A stretch of 64,000 nt of DNA. Origin: Enoplolaimus lenunculus (Eukaryota). The translations under genes and the position numbers were made by a program. The stretch covers positions 248,001-312,000 of the forward strand of contig JASANG010003130.1 in assembly GCA_030248215.1 (NCBI GenBank). Direction: 5' to 3'. The notes under the pieces are model-generated. The model was not told where the DNA came from and did no database searches. It saw only the letters and a program-made list of their open reading frames with translations. Of the stretch, positions 51,984-64,000 are shown piece by piece (the stretch's first letter is position 1; the number at the start of each line of letters is the position of its first letter).

Positions 51984-54900
51984 TCAGTCAAAACGCAAAG
52001 GTCCAGGGCATGGTTGTGGCATTAACACAGGCAATTTGGGTGGTGTTATATAAATACGTCGCGGCGTACCTGGGGGTGCAGCTAGTTTTGGAGGGTAGTC
52101 ATGTTTAATCGGTGCTGCTGAAACTTTTGCAGGAGGTGTTGTTTCCATCGTAGCTGGCTGAGAAGATGTAAGGAGTGGATTAGGAGGTTTGGTAGATGTT
52201 TCTGGCGTTGGTGTAAGCTCAGGCGCACGCTGGAGGGATTCAGTTGAACCCGGAAGTGGAGGATTCGTTTCTGTTGCCTTTTGTAGTTCAGTTGTAGTAC
52301 ACGCCTTTGACCATGACATATCCTTGGCGCATATAAATGTGCATTCCCCGCTTGTTCCGTTGGTGCCAGGAGCGATTTCAAGGTTACCTTCCTCCACCCA
52401 TATGCAAGCTGAAATTTAATTCAATAAATTAAAACATAACAGCCGAAATAATGTATACTAGTGAAAGTGGCTGCAACATTTGCAACCATGCTAGTTCTGG
52501 CCCATGTTACGATAAAGGCCGCCCGATTGTCCCGGGACAGGAATATACCAGGAGTGCAAAGATATGCACTCCTGTTTACGCGTGTCCAGCAAGGCTGAGC
52601 ACGATAAACGTTCCAACAATGAATTGCTTAGTGTGGGAATTCGGAGGGAGACAGCCCCCGATCCCGCTTACGATTCCCTGAATTTGAGGGGGGGGGGCAG
52701 GGGGCGGTGGCCCACCCCTGAGAAAACAATCTTCTGTCCCCACTTTTTCAACTGTCCCAACTGTCTCGCTGTTCCAACTGTCCCACTGTCCCAACTTTCC
52801 CAACTGTCCCGCTGTCCTAACTATCCCAACTATCCCAACTGTCCCAACTGTTACCACTGTCCCAACTGTTACCACTGTCCCAACTGTTACGACTGTCCCA
52901 ACTGACCCGCTTTCCCAAATGTCCCGCCGTCCCAACTGTCCCAACTGTCCCAACTGCTTCGTTGTCCTAACTGTCGCGCTGCCCCAACTGTCCTAACTGT
53001 TCCAACTGACCCCCTGTCCCTACTGTCCCCACTGTCCCACTTATATTTGTTGTGTACTCCTGGTACATTACTGTAACGGGAAGATGGGACGACATTCAGG
53101 GTAATATCGGCCCTTGCTCTCATCTTTCGGCTAGCGTCGCGTCAGTTTGCGTTCTTTGCCATTATTTCTTCATACCTGCTTATCAGTATATATACGTAGT
53201 TATGGTTGCATATATGTATATAATGTTCATTGTAGTATATATTTCAAATCATGGAAAACAGTTGTAAAGCTGCCCAAATACGTATGTGGGGCGTTCTAGC
53301 TTTAATAATAAATTCAATATATAAAAAACTGTTATGGAACACTTAAAACAACATGCTTTATAATATACTAAAATCCGCGACAAAACGTTGATAGATAGGA
53401 TAGTATCTGGAATAATGAAAATATTTAAACTCAGAGCACAATTTAATTTTGCAAATACGTTTTTTGCTATTGCTTCAGTTTTTACTAGCTTACGAAATTA
53501 GCTTACAAACAATAAAGTTACAGCGCAATATAATTTAAGATATCAAAGCTGCTCCAATGAGTTACAAGTTACCGGTCACAAGACTATTACTATTACTCTA
53601 AGGGACGGTATGTAAATTTTTGGTTTGGGTTCGCAAAAACATACAAAAACTCTGAAAACAAACCAATTGGATCGCTTCGAGTAACGCAACTACCAGCTTC
53701 CTTGCATTCTTTGCTACATTTATATTTCGCATGCCCTTCGATCCACGTTGCGTCAATTGAATATTTCTTGCCTTCAAAGCTGCATTCTGAAATATAGCAA
53801 ATAGAACACTTTGTAGTTTTCGATTCATGACAATAGATGTCGGAACGGTTTTTTCTAAGGGTGTGAAAAGGAACACGTCAGCCAAAACCAAAAAACGCAG
53901 AAGACGTCAAATTCAGTGACGACTCCGATATTTGCAAGGCAAGAAAGAATCAAACGACAAGAAGAGTCGATTAGACACATCGAGAACGAAGCGAGCGAGA
54001 AGCCAGCGCATTACTGTATTGACCCGAATGTGGACTGATATTTGTTTGGCCTCTCCAGAGGGTACCCCTTTTGTTATTCGGTTACGGACTGTTATTTATT
54101 TTTAACCCACGCTCCGCCACCCTTCGTTACTGATTTATATCCGGTACTGCAACTATCCGTTGAATTAAATGTTTATTTGTCTTCTGTCAATAGCTTGAGC
54201 GATAGTGCAATGTTATACGTCAAAATGTACTTTCAAAAATTAAAATACGCTTAAAAGTTTCGAAGTCAAATTATTTGGTCCTGGAATCATTTGCGCTACA
54301 ATTAAGGATAATTGACGTTTATGGACTCTAATTAAGGTTTAAAGACTCTATCCGCTTATGGACTCTTATTAGAGATAGGGACTCCTCTTCATCGGGACTC
54401 AAAATGGGGACCCCCTCTTATTACCCCCCTCTTATTCGGGTCAATACAGTATTTGGTCGGTTTTTCGATGTGTCAGCAAAACCGCTTCATTTTTTATGGG
54501 TACCAAGTGACAAAGGACACCTCAGTCACCCCTGTTCCGGCATAACGGAACAGTAAACTGGAAAAACAAGACTAACATTCGCGAGCTTTAATTTTCAAAA
54601 TTGCAAACTTATAAACGTTAAATATATTTAACTTAACTTTGCAAAATACTGACTAGAAATCTTCGGATCGAATACGCTATGAAATGATTAAAATATTTAT
54701 CGCTAAGCTTTCGTGTTGCGTATTATATTTCAAAGTGAACTCTGCACAAAAAATCAATTACTTTAAAATTTACACAATTTGATATTGCGAAAAATTAAAT
54801 CAAATTTACTACTAACCTGCAATTTTGGTTTGGTTAGCAGCGTCGGTTCTACACTGTTTATCCCAAGATGCATCGTTATTGCACGTAAATGTACAGTCGC

Positions 54901-56855
54901 TTCGTGTTTCACTTTGACCAGGTGCAAGCTCCAAGTTATTTTCGTCGACCCAAACGCATGCTGAAATGGTAAAAACAAAACTTGTTGCGCTGAGTATTAA
55001 ATGCAGAAAGAACTATTTGTTATCAACAACTACAAAAAGAATTATTTTACAACAACAGGATGCATTCGAAGGTTGTTTGTATGGGTGCCTCTACGCTGTT
55101 GCCGTACTCATGCGAAAAAACTGTCCACAGTTTGGGCCAATACAGAGATCGGTGCCGAAACAGTAGTACGTATAAGAATATTTCTAAGCCTAACAATAAA
55201 CGCCGGCAAGTTGTTATTTTGAAGAGTGTAAATGTGGTATAAACATTTTGTTAAGTCTAGGCCGAAGCGTAAAAGACGTCTTGTTAAAGCTAGAAAGCAA
55301 ATCAAGCGTTTTTCTCGATGTACATACTCAATCGCGGCGTTTGTAATAAATATCGTTCAACATCTGGCTTTTGATAATTTTGTTGCTTACCGATGGGATT
55401 TGACTGAATTGAACTTGAATCTGTTGCAATTTCACAACGATACTTAACTCCTTCGTCAATCCAAGTTTCATTTTGAGCATGATTTATGTTTTTAAATATG
55501 CATTCTAAAATAAGCATCAAAAAACAATTAAACAACCTATATATGTGTATAAGTCATAGGCCACAATGCAGTCCAAAAAATACTTTACCGATCTGCTACT
55601 TTAGTGGATTATTTGAATGTTTCAGTATCATACCTATATTAATTCTTCTTCTGATCAATGAATATGGCATTTTGGTTGTTTCACATTTCGGCCCATGCAT
55701 AGATCAGGGGCGGACCATTTTTTCGTGGGAATGTACTACAGTAAGCTTAAGCTTTAGACTAATTTTTATGCTTAGGCGTTAAACTAATTTTTGCTCAGGT
55801 TTAGGCTCAGACTTTATGCGTAGAGGCATCAAATGGCGAAATTTCATTTTTACTTAAAAATTTTGCTGCCTCCAAGTAAAATGTTTTTTTTTCAATATTT
55901 TTTATTCCTTTTTACCAAAAGGCGTTGACGTCATCGAGCAATTGCCTAGTTTAGCGTCACAGGTCACAACGCATTTGTACTTTGCGCTTTCGGTTGTCCA
56001 CGTTTCACCGTCATTGTACTTCTTACCGTCATATTCACATTCTGAAAAGCACAACGTTTACAAGATTTCGCTTATTAGTTTCGATATGTGTCTGTATATT
56101 CTTCATTTTTAGTAGCATCTGTATACCGCCAATTAATAGTAGACTTGTAGGCTTAGTAAACTTAACAAATGCTTCAGATTTTCCCAACCAACCCAGGGTA
56201 AAAATCTAGGCCTTAGAATTTTCCACTTTTTCCGTTTTCCAACCAAAACCTATGCTACAGATTTTCCCTATCAACCCAGTGTAAAATCTATGGCATTAAA
56301 ATTTTCTCAGTTTTCCTACCAAAACAGCGGAAAATTTGGCCGTCATGCAGGAGTGGGTGCGCTGCACTCCTGGTTGTAAGTTTTCCACCATGGAACACTG
56401 GAAGCCCCTGTGCTATACATTGGCCTTGACGCGTGCAAGTTTTTGATGCGAGAACTAGCAGCTGCAACATGCACTTGCATGTTTCGTCCAAAATCTCGTT
56501 CTAAAAACTTGCAACTGCCAATACTTCACTAATAATCATAGCTAGGAATTTAGTTCACCTGTGTGAATAACCATGCATGTCGCTGAATTTATTGCAGCCG
56601 GTTTTTCATTGGCTGATGAAAAAATGCAAATTCTGCGTGAAATTTTTAGCTACAAGTTGTCGCAGCAAAAACTTGCACGTGTGAATAGGGCTTAAATCAT
56701 TTCATGTTAAACGTATTGTTGGTGAATCCTTATTATAACTAATCAAAATTAACTTCTTACATTAATGCCTTACTTGCATCTTCAGGTATGGTCTGACCAG
56801 CTACTTGATGTAGAATTAACGCTGCACAAATATAAGCTAAATACAGTAGTGTCAT
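51984..56855 (-). CDS. Secreted Cys-rich protein with two tandem FN1/VWC-like modules and a Pro/Thr-rich C-terminal tail, 5 exons, 299 aa
   Basis: Exons 56855-56774, 56041-55916, 54960-54817, 53786-53664, 52408-51984, all phase-1 GT-AG junctions, 900 nt in total. Signal peptide MTLLYLAYICAALILHQVAG; repeats CEYDGKKYNDGETWTTESAKYKC / CSFEGKKYSIDATWIEGHAKYKC and ACVWVDENNLELAPG..CTFTC..W..C / ACIWVEEGNLEIAPG..CTFIC..W..C. AATAAA about 10 nt after the stop. Confidence 0.85.
52733..53040. repeat. Degenerate 9-bp minisatellite (ACTGTCCCA)n
   Basis: Repeated aactgtccc variants within the last intron of the secreted-protein gene. Confidence 0.9.
54014..54449. mobile_element. Family A MITE (intron of the secreted-protein gene)
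   Basis: TA|CTGTATTGACCCGAAT...ATTCGGGTCAATACAG|TA. Confidence 0.82.
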
Positions 56856-57030
56856 TTCAAATAAGTTTTACTAAGCGCCACAATGTACTTACACTTTGAT
56901 AGCTGGGAATTAATAGGTTTAATGCTCAGATCTGCCCAAAAATATTGTAGATCAATTATTTCTAAATTTTGTCCATTCCGTGTAAGGACCAGAACAGTGA
57001 TTATTGAAATCTTAGTTTTCGGAGTAAATA

Positions 57031-57471
57031 CTCCTATTGACCCGAATAAGAGGGGGGTGGGTGTCTGATGTTTATTTTGCATCTCCAGAGGGCAACCCTT
57101 GCTATTCGGTTACGGACTGTTATTTATGTTTAACCCGCCCTCCGTCACCCTTCCTTACTAATATGTATCCGGTATTGCAAGTATCCGTTGAATTAAACAT
57201 TTATTTGTTTTGTATAAAAACTTGAGCAATAATGCAAGGTTATGCTTAGTATTGTAAGTGATTTCAAAACCTAAGATTCGAACTCAACCTTATTTGGTCC
57301 TGGAGTCATTTATGCACTATAATTCGGGATAGACATTTATGAACTCTTATTAGGGTTCAGTGACTCTATAAGCTTATGGACTCTTATTACGCAAACTAAC
57401 TCCTATGGATTCGGACTTAAACAGGTGACCCTTCTTATTACCTCCACCCCCCTCTTACTCGGGCCCCACAG
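57031..57471. mobile_element. Family A MITE, diverged
   Basis: Same interior as 191-639; degenerate TIRs with TA flanks. Confidence 0.72.
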
Positions 57472-59782
57472 TACTTTCTAAAATTTTAATATTCTTAAAA
57501 ATTCTACTCCACACTATTTGTGCCCCGGTCTTTATTCCCCTAAGAATTTCCCTTTTTGCCCTTTTTTGTTTGGCACTCTACCTCTCGCGCTCTTATTATA
57601 ACACTTTTTTATTTCTCAAAATTGTTTTTAAAAAAATTTAATTCCCCCTTTTTTTTCCCTCCTCCCTTCTTTCCCTCGTTTTTTGAAAAAAAAAAAATAT
57701 TTTAACCCTTTTCATTTCTATTACTTTCCTACCCCCGACAGCATTCAAACTTATCCCCATTTCCTATCTTCCCGCTCCGCACAACCACCACCCCAGTAAC
57801 TGGATATCAATTTCTGTTTCTCATTAGCAACAAAGTGCAACTGAATATCCATTTCTGTTTCCAGTAAAAATCGGTAACCATTTGCGTTTCCGTTATAGAA
57901 ATAACGGAAACTCTATTATTTTATATGGCCAAAATTAGTTATTAATTACGTATATATCTGGAAATTTTCACTAATACACAGATGCTGCAATTGTTCGAAA
58001 TGAAATAAACATTACGAATTTCATCCAAAATCTTAATACAATTTTCGATACATCCGCCATTTATTTTTAAAATTTTAAGAAGCCCTGTAAATATTTACAC
58101 TCTTCAGTTGTGTTGGCAAAAAACAAACAAATCACGAATCATCTTTGAAACTGTTATACTTCAATATCCATCTTCCGGTCCCGTTATTTTGATCCTAATC
58201 CGTTCTGTTTCCGTTTTTACTGTTAACATTCAGAATACCAAAAGCATCTACATTAAATTATTAAGAATATTTGATCAAAAAAATTAGATGTTACAAAATC
58301 GCTTTCCATAGCAATAACTAAGATCGTTAAATGCAGTTATGTGAACACATAATTGAAGTGTTATTTAATGTTAAATAATATTGCGTAGTTGCATTACATA
58401 ACTGCGTGATAAATCAGACATCATTTAAACCATAATTCACAACCAGCAGCCATGACGAGATTAAAGCAAAATGTAAAATTATCGTACCCGTACTTGTTGA
58501 ATCTGTAAATATGGTAAAGGAACAAAAACAATTTCCCAGAATTGATGTGGATTCAGAAATTTTAGTAAGCTGAACGATATACCGTAGTCATTTTAAATGA
58601 ATTGAAATTATGCACCGCGTTCAGGTATTGATTTGCAAGAAAAATTTGCTAATTTTATAACTGTAGCACATTCGCTATACTTTCAAGCAAGGTTTCAGAA
58701 CCTCAAATATTCGATGTGCAAAGCACAAGAGGCAATAAACGGATAGTAAAAAAACTAACGGAAACCACTATTGATCAAAATAACAGAAACAGACATTGAA
58801 TATTGAAGTATAACAGCTTCAAAAATGTTTTATCTTTCTGCCACTACTGTACGATTAAAGCAAGCGAATATTCACCGAACATTCAAAAATGTTGCCCATG
58901 TTAAAAGATCAGGGGCGGAACATTTTTCTGTGGGACTAGAAAACAGCAAGCTTAAGCTTAATTCCATCATTATGATTTAGAACTGATTTTGAGCATAATA
59001 GTATCAGAAGTTCCGATAATTCAATAATTGAAACGGATATCAATTTTTACCGAAAACGGAAACAAACGTCCGGTTACACCCTGATCAACAACCATGTCGT
59101 GCTGAAAATCTGAAAATTTGGTGTTATATTGTACATATTAACCTCACAATATACATTCTAGCGAAATGATTGAAAATATGGAAACGATACGAGTTAAAAA
59201 TGTCAAAACATTAAAAGATTTATAACACAAAAATCTCGGAGCAATCGCTTTTAAAAATAATTAGCATTAAAAGGTTTGCAATGTGTACGATTATAAGTAC
59301 CATACTATCCATAATTACAGGAGCGATGGATTAACAGTTTTGGGTTCCTATTTTTGAGTCTAAATCTAGCAAAGTCCATTTCCCTGCTTGGCGTCCGTAT
59401 TTGGAATTTGTGTAGTCAGAAATGTTTAAAAATACTTAGAGAAAATTCTTCCATTAAAGTCTATAAATGTTACCGTAATTCAATTTTTATGCAAACGCTT
59501 CCTGGTTTAAATAAAATAAATGTAAACAATCGCACAAGCTAAACGTTTTGTATCCAAATAACAAGAAAGAGGCGGCACACTCTTGTGAGACAAAATAAAT
59601 ATCGGTCATCCTTTCTCTTAACCGGGCCCCTACAGTACATCCCAAAATGTTGGTTCATCGGGAAATTGTATTGACAATATCTTTTTTTATATGCAAGCCA
59701 GTTTTAAGAAGCTTTATATTTACAGGACAAAGTCCGTGCACGTAATTTGTACGCTATGCACTGACTGGTGATAAGGTTTTTT

Positions 59783-59987
59783 GACCAATGTATACAACTG
59801 GGCCGGAACAGTAGTATAAGCATATTCGTAAGCCTAAGTCTAAGCCTAATCGCAAGCCTAAGCGTAAAGAATGAGGCCAAGCCTAAGCCTAAGCCTAAAG
59901 CCTACGCAAAAAAGTAGTCTAAAGCTTAAGCTTACTCTATTATAGTCCGGCGGGAAAACGTTCCGGCTCTGTTCTATACACGGGCTG
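59783..59987. mobile_element. Family B MITE, reverse
   Basis: GCCTAA runs between CCAATGTATACAAC..GGCCGGAACAG and CCGGCTCTGTTCTATACACGGGC. Confidence 0.7.
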
Positions 59988-60794
59988 GCTCTTTTATTAT
60001 TTCTTGCCCAGCACAAAACAACATTACGATACTACATATATTTCAAAAATTAGCTTTTGTTTTCAAATTAAAATATCATCGTAAATTTTTTTCACGATTT
60101 TAAATATAAGATTGTTTACTGAAAACATTGTTTTTTAAAAAAATCAAGGCAAAGCGGTTCGCGTGCCTTGATTCTAGACCCAGCAAAGCAATTTAAGCAT
60201 TTTTTCAGCTTTTTGGAGTTTAACATATTCTGGTAAAATTTATCATTTTTGGGCATGCGGTTGTTCGTATTTGTTGCGTTTTTATGGTAAATCATTTTAC
60301 ATTCGAGAATGAAGTTTCTGGTTTTGTATATAATTTTACAAAAATTAGTGATTTTATGCAAGTATATTTTGCAATGATGTTTATTCTGAAATACGTATCG
60401 AATTCGTGCATAGACAGTGTATAGTTGTTTTCTTTTAGGAGCTAAAATTGTTTGATTTAGGCGTTAAATATTCTATTCAGCTACGCAGTGAAATGTTGCA
60501 AAATTTGCAGAAAATTTAATTATCCATTCGCATGGGAGACGCCATATCTTGGGTGCTCAAATGGATTCAGCAAAAAATTCAAATAATTTTAAGTCATCTG
60601 TATATTTTTCTATATATTCCTTCTACATACAGGCCCATAGCCGGCTCACTTTGCTAGGGGTGCTAGACATTTTTCCGCAGGGGCTTACAACGCTTTTCGA
60701 TAACTTTAAAAGCAAAGGCGAAAATTATTGCAAAGGAGGGAATCTTCGAAAGCCACTGAGCACAGCCCCTGCCCATTTCTGGCTTAGACCATAT

Positions 60795-60900
60795 CCCGAA
60801 ATCTGAAAATCCCAAAATCCCACCTTCGCCCATATCCGGAAATCCCAAAATCCCACCTTCGACCGTGTCCCGAAATCTCGAAATCTCACCTTCGGCCATA
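60795..60900. repeat. Short imperfect tandem repeat, about 33 bp x3
   Basis: AAATCCCAAAATCCCACCTTCG core repeated. Confidence 0.75.
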
Positions 60901-63900
60901 CCTCAATTTATTGTGATGGGATGATGGGAATGCTTGCATAAACAAACCCTGCTAAAAATAACACCAGCTTAAAAAACAACTTGTAATATCAATTAATGTT
61001 TTGCACTAATCCCTGTATAATTAAAGTGATTCCTTGTTTAGTCGTTGAGAGACGACCAATAATAGTCATCTACCATTTCTAATACCCATAAAACTCGAGC
61101 TGGCGGTTCAACTTTGAACTTTCAACGGTGCGAGTTAAAGTATTACTTAAAATTGGCAGTGATTAATGATAGTAAAGCGTATTAAGTAAATATTTGTGTT
61201 TTGATAACGAAGTATACACTCAAAGCGATTTAATACTTGCAAACTGTTTTCCCATTTCTGTACAGGTTGCATTTATCTAGCGCAGCATTGGGATTTTAAT
61301 ACCGAAATCGTTCGGTAAAACTAGCAGCAGGTCACCAAAGCTTCATCAGTTTATGTTCTGTTCATAGCTGTCCATCAGTGTAGTATTTTGAACTGGTTTT
61401 TCGACGGTATCACGATAATTCGTCACACGACAACTTGTAATCCGAATTTCATCGACTTGACAATTAATTGCCCATCATTCTGCTTAGGTTACGCTTGAGA
61501 TTACGCTTAGAATTATGATTCGATTTAAATAAAATTTAGGACACTGTTGGGTGACAAGGTGTCGGGCGACGAATTGCATATATTTTTTAACATCTGCTAA
61601 CTTAAGATCGCTTGAGGGTTACCTCAAAAGTGCTCTTTTAATATTGACTAACAAACCTGGAACGTCCACGATACGTAGCTTGAGCATCGTTGTAGTTTGA
61701 TTTTGGGCATACTTCATGTGAGCAAAAGGTAAAACCATTCAAGTATCACAAATTATCTCTTGGAAGAACGCAAAGTTGTACTACAACTATTACAAGATCA
61801 CATACAAAACAATATAACACATTGACGTTGCATACCGCAGTTGCAATATGTTTGCATTGCCAAATCGTTGTTGTAATACAAGTATGCATTGCAAGTTGCT
61901 TGAAACTAGAATTGTTTCCAAAGATCTGGTTTTGTCTTGCTTGCGTAATAGCTCTTGATTCAAAGTAGGCTTATTTCTTCGTCTGGACTTGGTAAACATT
62001 ATTTTCGGTCGCTTTATTCGAGATAGAAGTGTATACAAGTGTTTACAGCGGATGGGACGGGGATATATCCACTTCTGAATCGTCTCTGAACACGATTAAC
62101 ATGGTTTTTGTACAGGGTACAGAATATCTTGCCGTTTAAGTCTAGGGTACAGTCAAGAGTTTATTTTAGGAATAAATAACTGTAAGGTTTTTTGCGTGAT
62201 TTTGATTACTTTTTAGTATTTATACTTTTTTTGATTTTTCGAAGAATATCATATATTTATGTTCCAGACACACCACTACTTTACGTAATATCGCGAAAGT
62301 TTGTCGCCCAATAACTCGTCGACCAACAAGTTGTAATCCATAATTTCATCGACTCGACAATTCGTCACCCATCAGTATGCTTAGGCTTAGAATTATGCTT
62401 AATTACACGTAGATTTATACACAAGCTTTAAGACGCTGTTGGGCGTCTAGTTGACCGACGACAAATTCCAAATTCCTTTAGATACCCATAGCATAAGTAA
62501 CATTATATAATCGCATATACCAAGAGTGGATGATCACGAACAAGAGTATGCAGCTGTTGGATTTCACGTGGTACAAAAAGCACCATCACGCGTTGCATTT
62601 TTGCTGTACCCCCCTTATGTTGAGGGGGTCAATATCCCATGATATAATTATTCTATAGTTTATACGGGGAACTTTTTGGAATGGCATATTATGTTTTTTT
62701 CGCTCTGTGCAAATTTCAACACCCTATAAATAAGGAAGGGTCGGCCAAAAACGCAACGTTCGCCTGGTACATTGTTTTGTACACAAAATGTACCCAGTTG
62801 CACCCTGTTGTTATGTTATATATCATCCACTCTTGCTAATACTAATAACTTAGTTGTACAGAACAAGGAATAACCGTAATTATTTGTTTTTGAATACAAA
62901 TTTTATAATTAAAGGTCTTTAAACAATTTTCAGTATGAGGGTCACAAGAACGTTAACTTTGAACATGGATCGATCCAACTCAAACTTTTAAATACAGCTA
63001 TACTTTGAATTGATTTAGCTTTATTATCCTGCTTGAGTGAAAATCTTGTCTTTAAGTTTCAAAGTGAACGACATTAATTTGTACACGCCATCTCCGGATT
63101 TTTATGCTCAGGTATAAATCCTCGGGCCCGTAGCCAGACGGGCATCAGGATGACTCAGCTTCCCCCAGAAGAATTTTGTCTCCCTAGAAAAGTGTCAACC
63201 TTGCTTATAACGCTAGTATACCGTCATGAAATATGTTTTGCGCCTTTGGAAAGCTGAGCTGACTCCGAACTGATGATCATATCCAAGTTTCTTTGTGAAA
63301 AATTGACAAAAGCAAAATTTTTTAAAGATCATTACATGCCAGGACTCTGTCACTCAGCTTTTTCCAGTTGCGTCTCCGTCGATGGCGAATTCAAATTTGC
63401 TTGCGGTCCTGGTTGGACAGCTGTGTTGAGGGGCGGAACATTTTTCTGCGTGACTGAAACAATAAGATTATGCTTTAGGCTTATTTTTTGTATAATTTTT
63501 TTGTACGGTTAGGCATAGGCTTAGGAATATGCTTATACAACTGTTACGGCCCTTTTCTATACAATGACCCTGAAACGATTAAGTGTGCTGGACACGACTA
63601 ATATCTGCCGATTTATAGAACTTTTTATAATAGATCAAATGTAATTCTGTGTTAGTATTCAAGCCGATGAAAATAAAGCCTAAACGTGGCACGACCTATT
63701 TACCTGATTGTACGATAGATTTCTGTACAGTTAATATATTATACGTATACGTCATTTGGATTAGCAGTAGACTTATTTCTGGCTGTATATTTTATGATTT
63801 GAATAATAGATATTTAGTTTTATAAAATATAATTAAGTAAGTTCCTTAATTAAATTGTAGCTTAAAGCCCTATTCACACTTGCAAGTTTTTGCAGCAAAA

Positions 63901-64000
63901 CTTCCAGGTACAAATTTGGTCACAAAGCAACTTTGAAGTTCTTGCAGCTTAAATTATTCGCTGGAATTCATGCTATTGAATTTAATTCGCACTTGTGAAC

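Noticed and set aside
52564..52953. CPNCPNC metallothionein-like and VGTV-repeat ORFs
   Set aside because: Translations of the 9-bp ACTGTCCCA minisatellite inside an intron.
1610..56855. Operon of three co-oriented genes
   Set aside because: Intergenic gaps of about 2.9 and 5.9 kb filled with MITEs, and unrelated predicted functions.
60141..60180. Hairpin followed by CTAG as a Helitron 3' end
   Set aside because: The base after CTAG is A rather than T, and no matching 5' end or second copy was seen.
60116..62038. ORFs at 60116-60361 and 61790-62038 (and 49903-50229)
   Set aside because: AT-rich or repeat-derived, no recognisable motifs, and no chain of phase-compatible exons found.

Overview
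AT-rich eukaryotic (animal, most likely nematode) genomic DNA, densely filled with short non-autonomous DNA transposons (MITEs), many carrying TTAGGC arrays (the nematode telomeric repeat). The ORF track is mostly noise because the real genes are split into small exons. Reading GT/AG boundaries and exon phases by hand gives three genes, all on the minus strand. (1) A 42-exon, about 1332-aa PEP-synthase/pyruvate-dikinase-superfamily phosphotransferase (46119->4788). It has the rifampin-phosphotransferase/PigC domain order (ATP-grasp, substrate domain, C-terminal His swivel) plus a hydrophobic N-terminus and an extra ~430-aa N-terminal module. (2) A single-coding-exon neuropeptide-like precursor (1936->1610) predicting a W-x6-W-amide peptide. 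(3) A 5-exon, 299-aa secreted protein (56855->51984) with two duplicated Cys-rich modules and a Pro/Thr-rich tail. Other items: a 49-bp satellite with higher-order structure grown from the end of a MITE, a Helentron/DINE-1-like element, tRNA-like sequences inside repeats, and local duplications of splice acceptors. All gene models are manual and unverified by transcripts or database searches.
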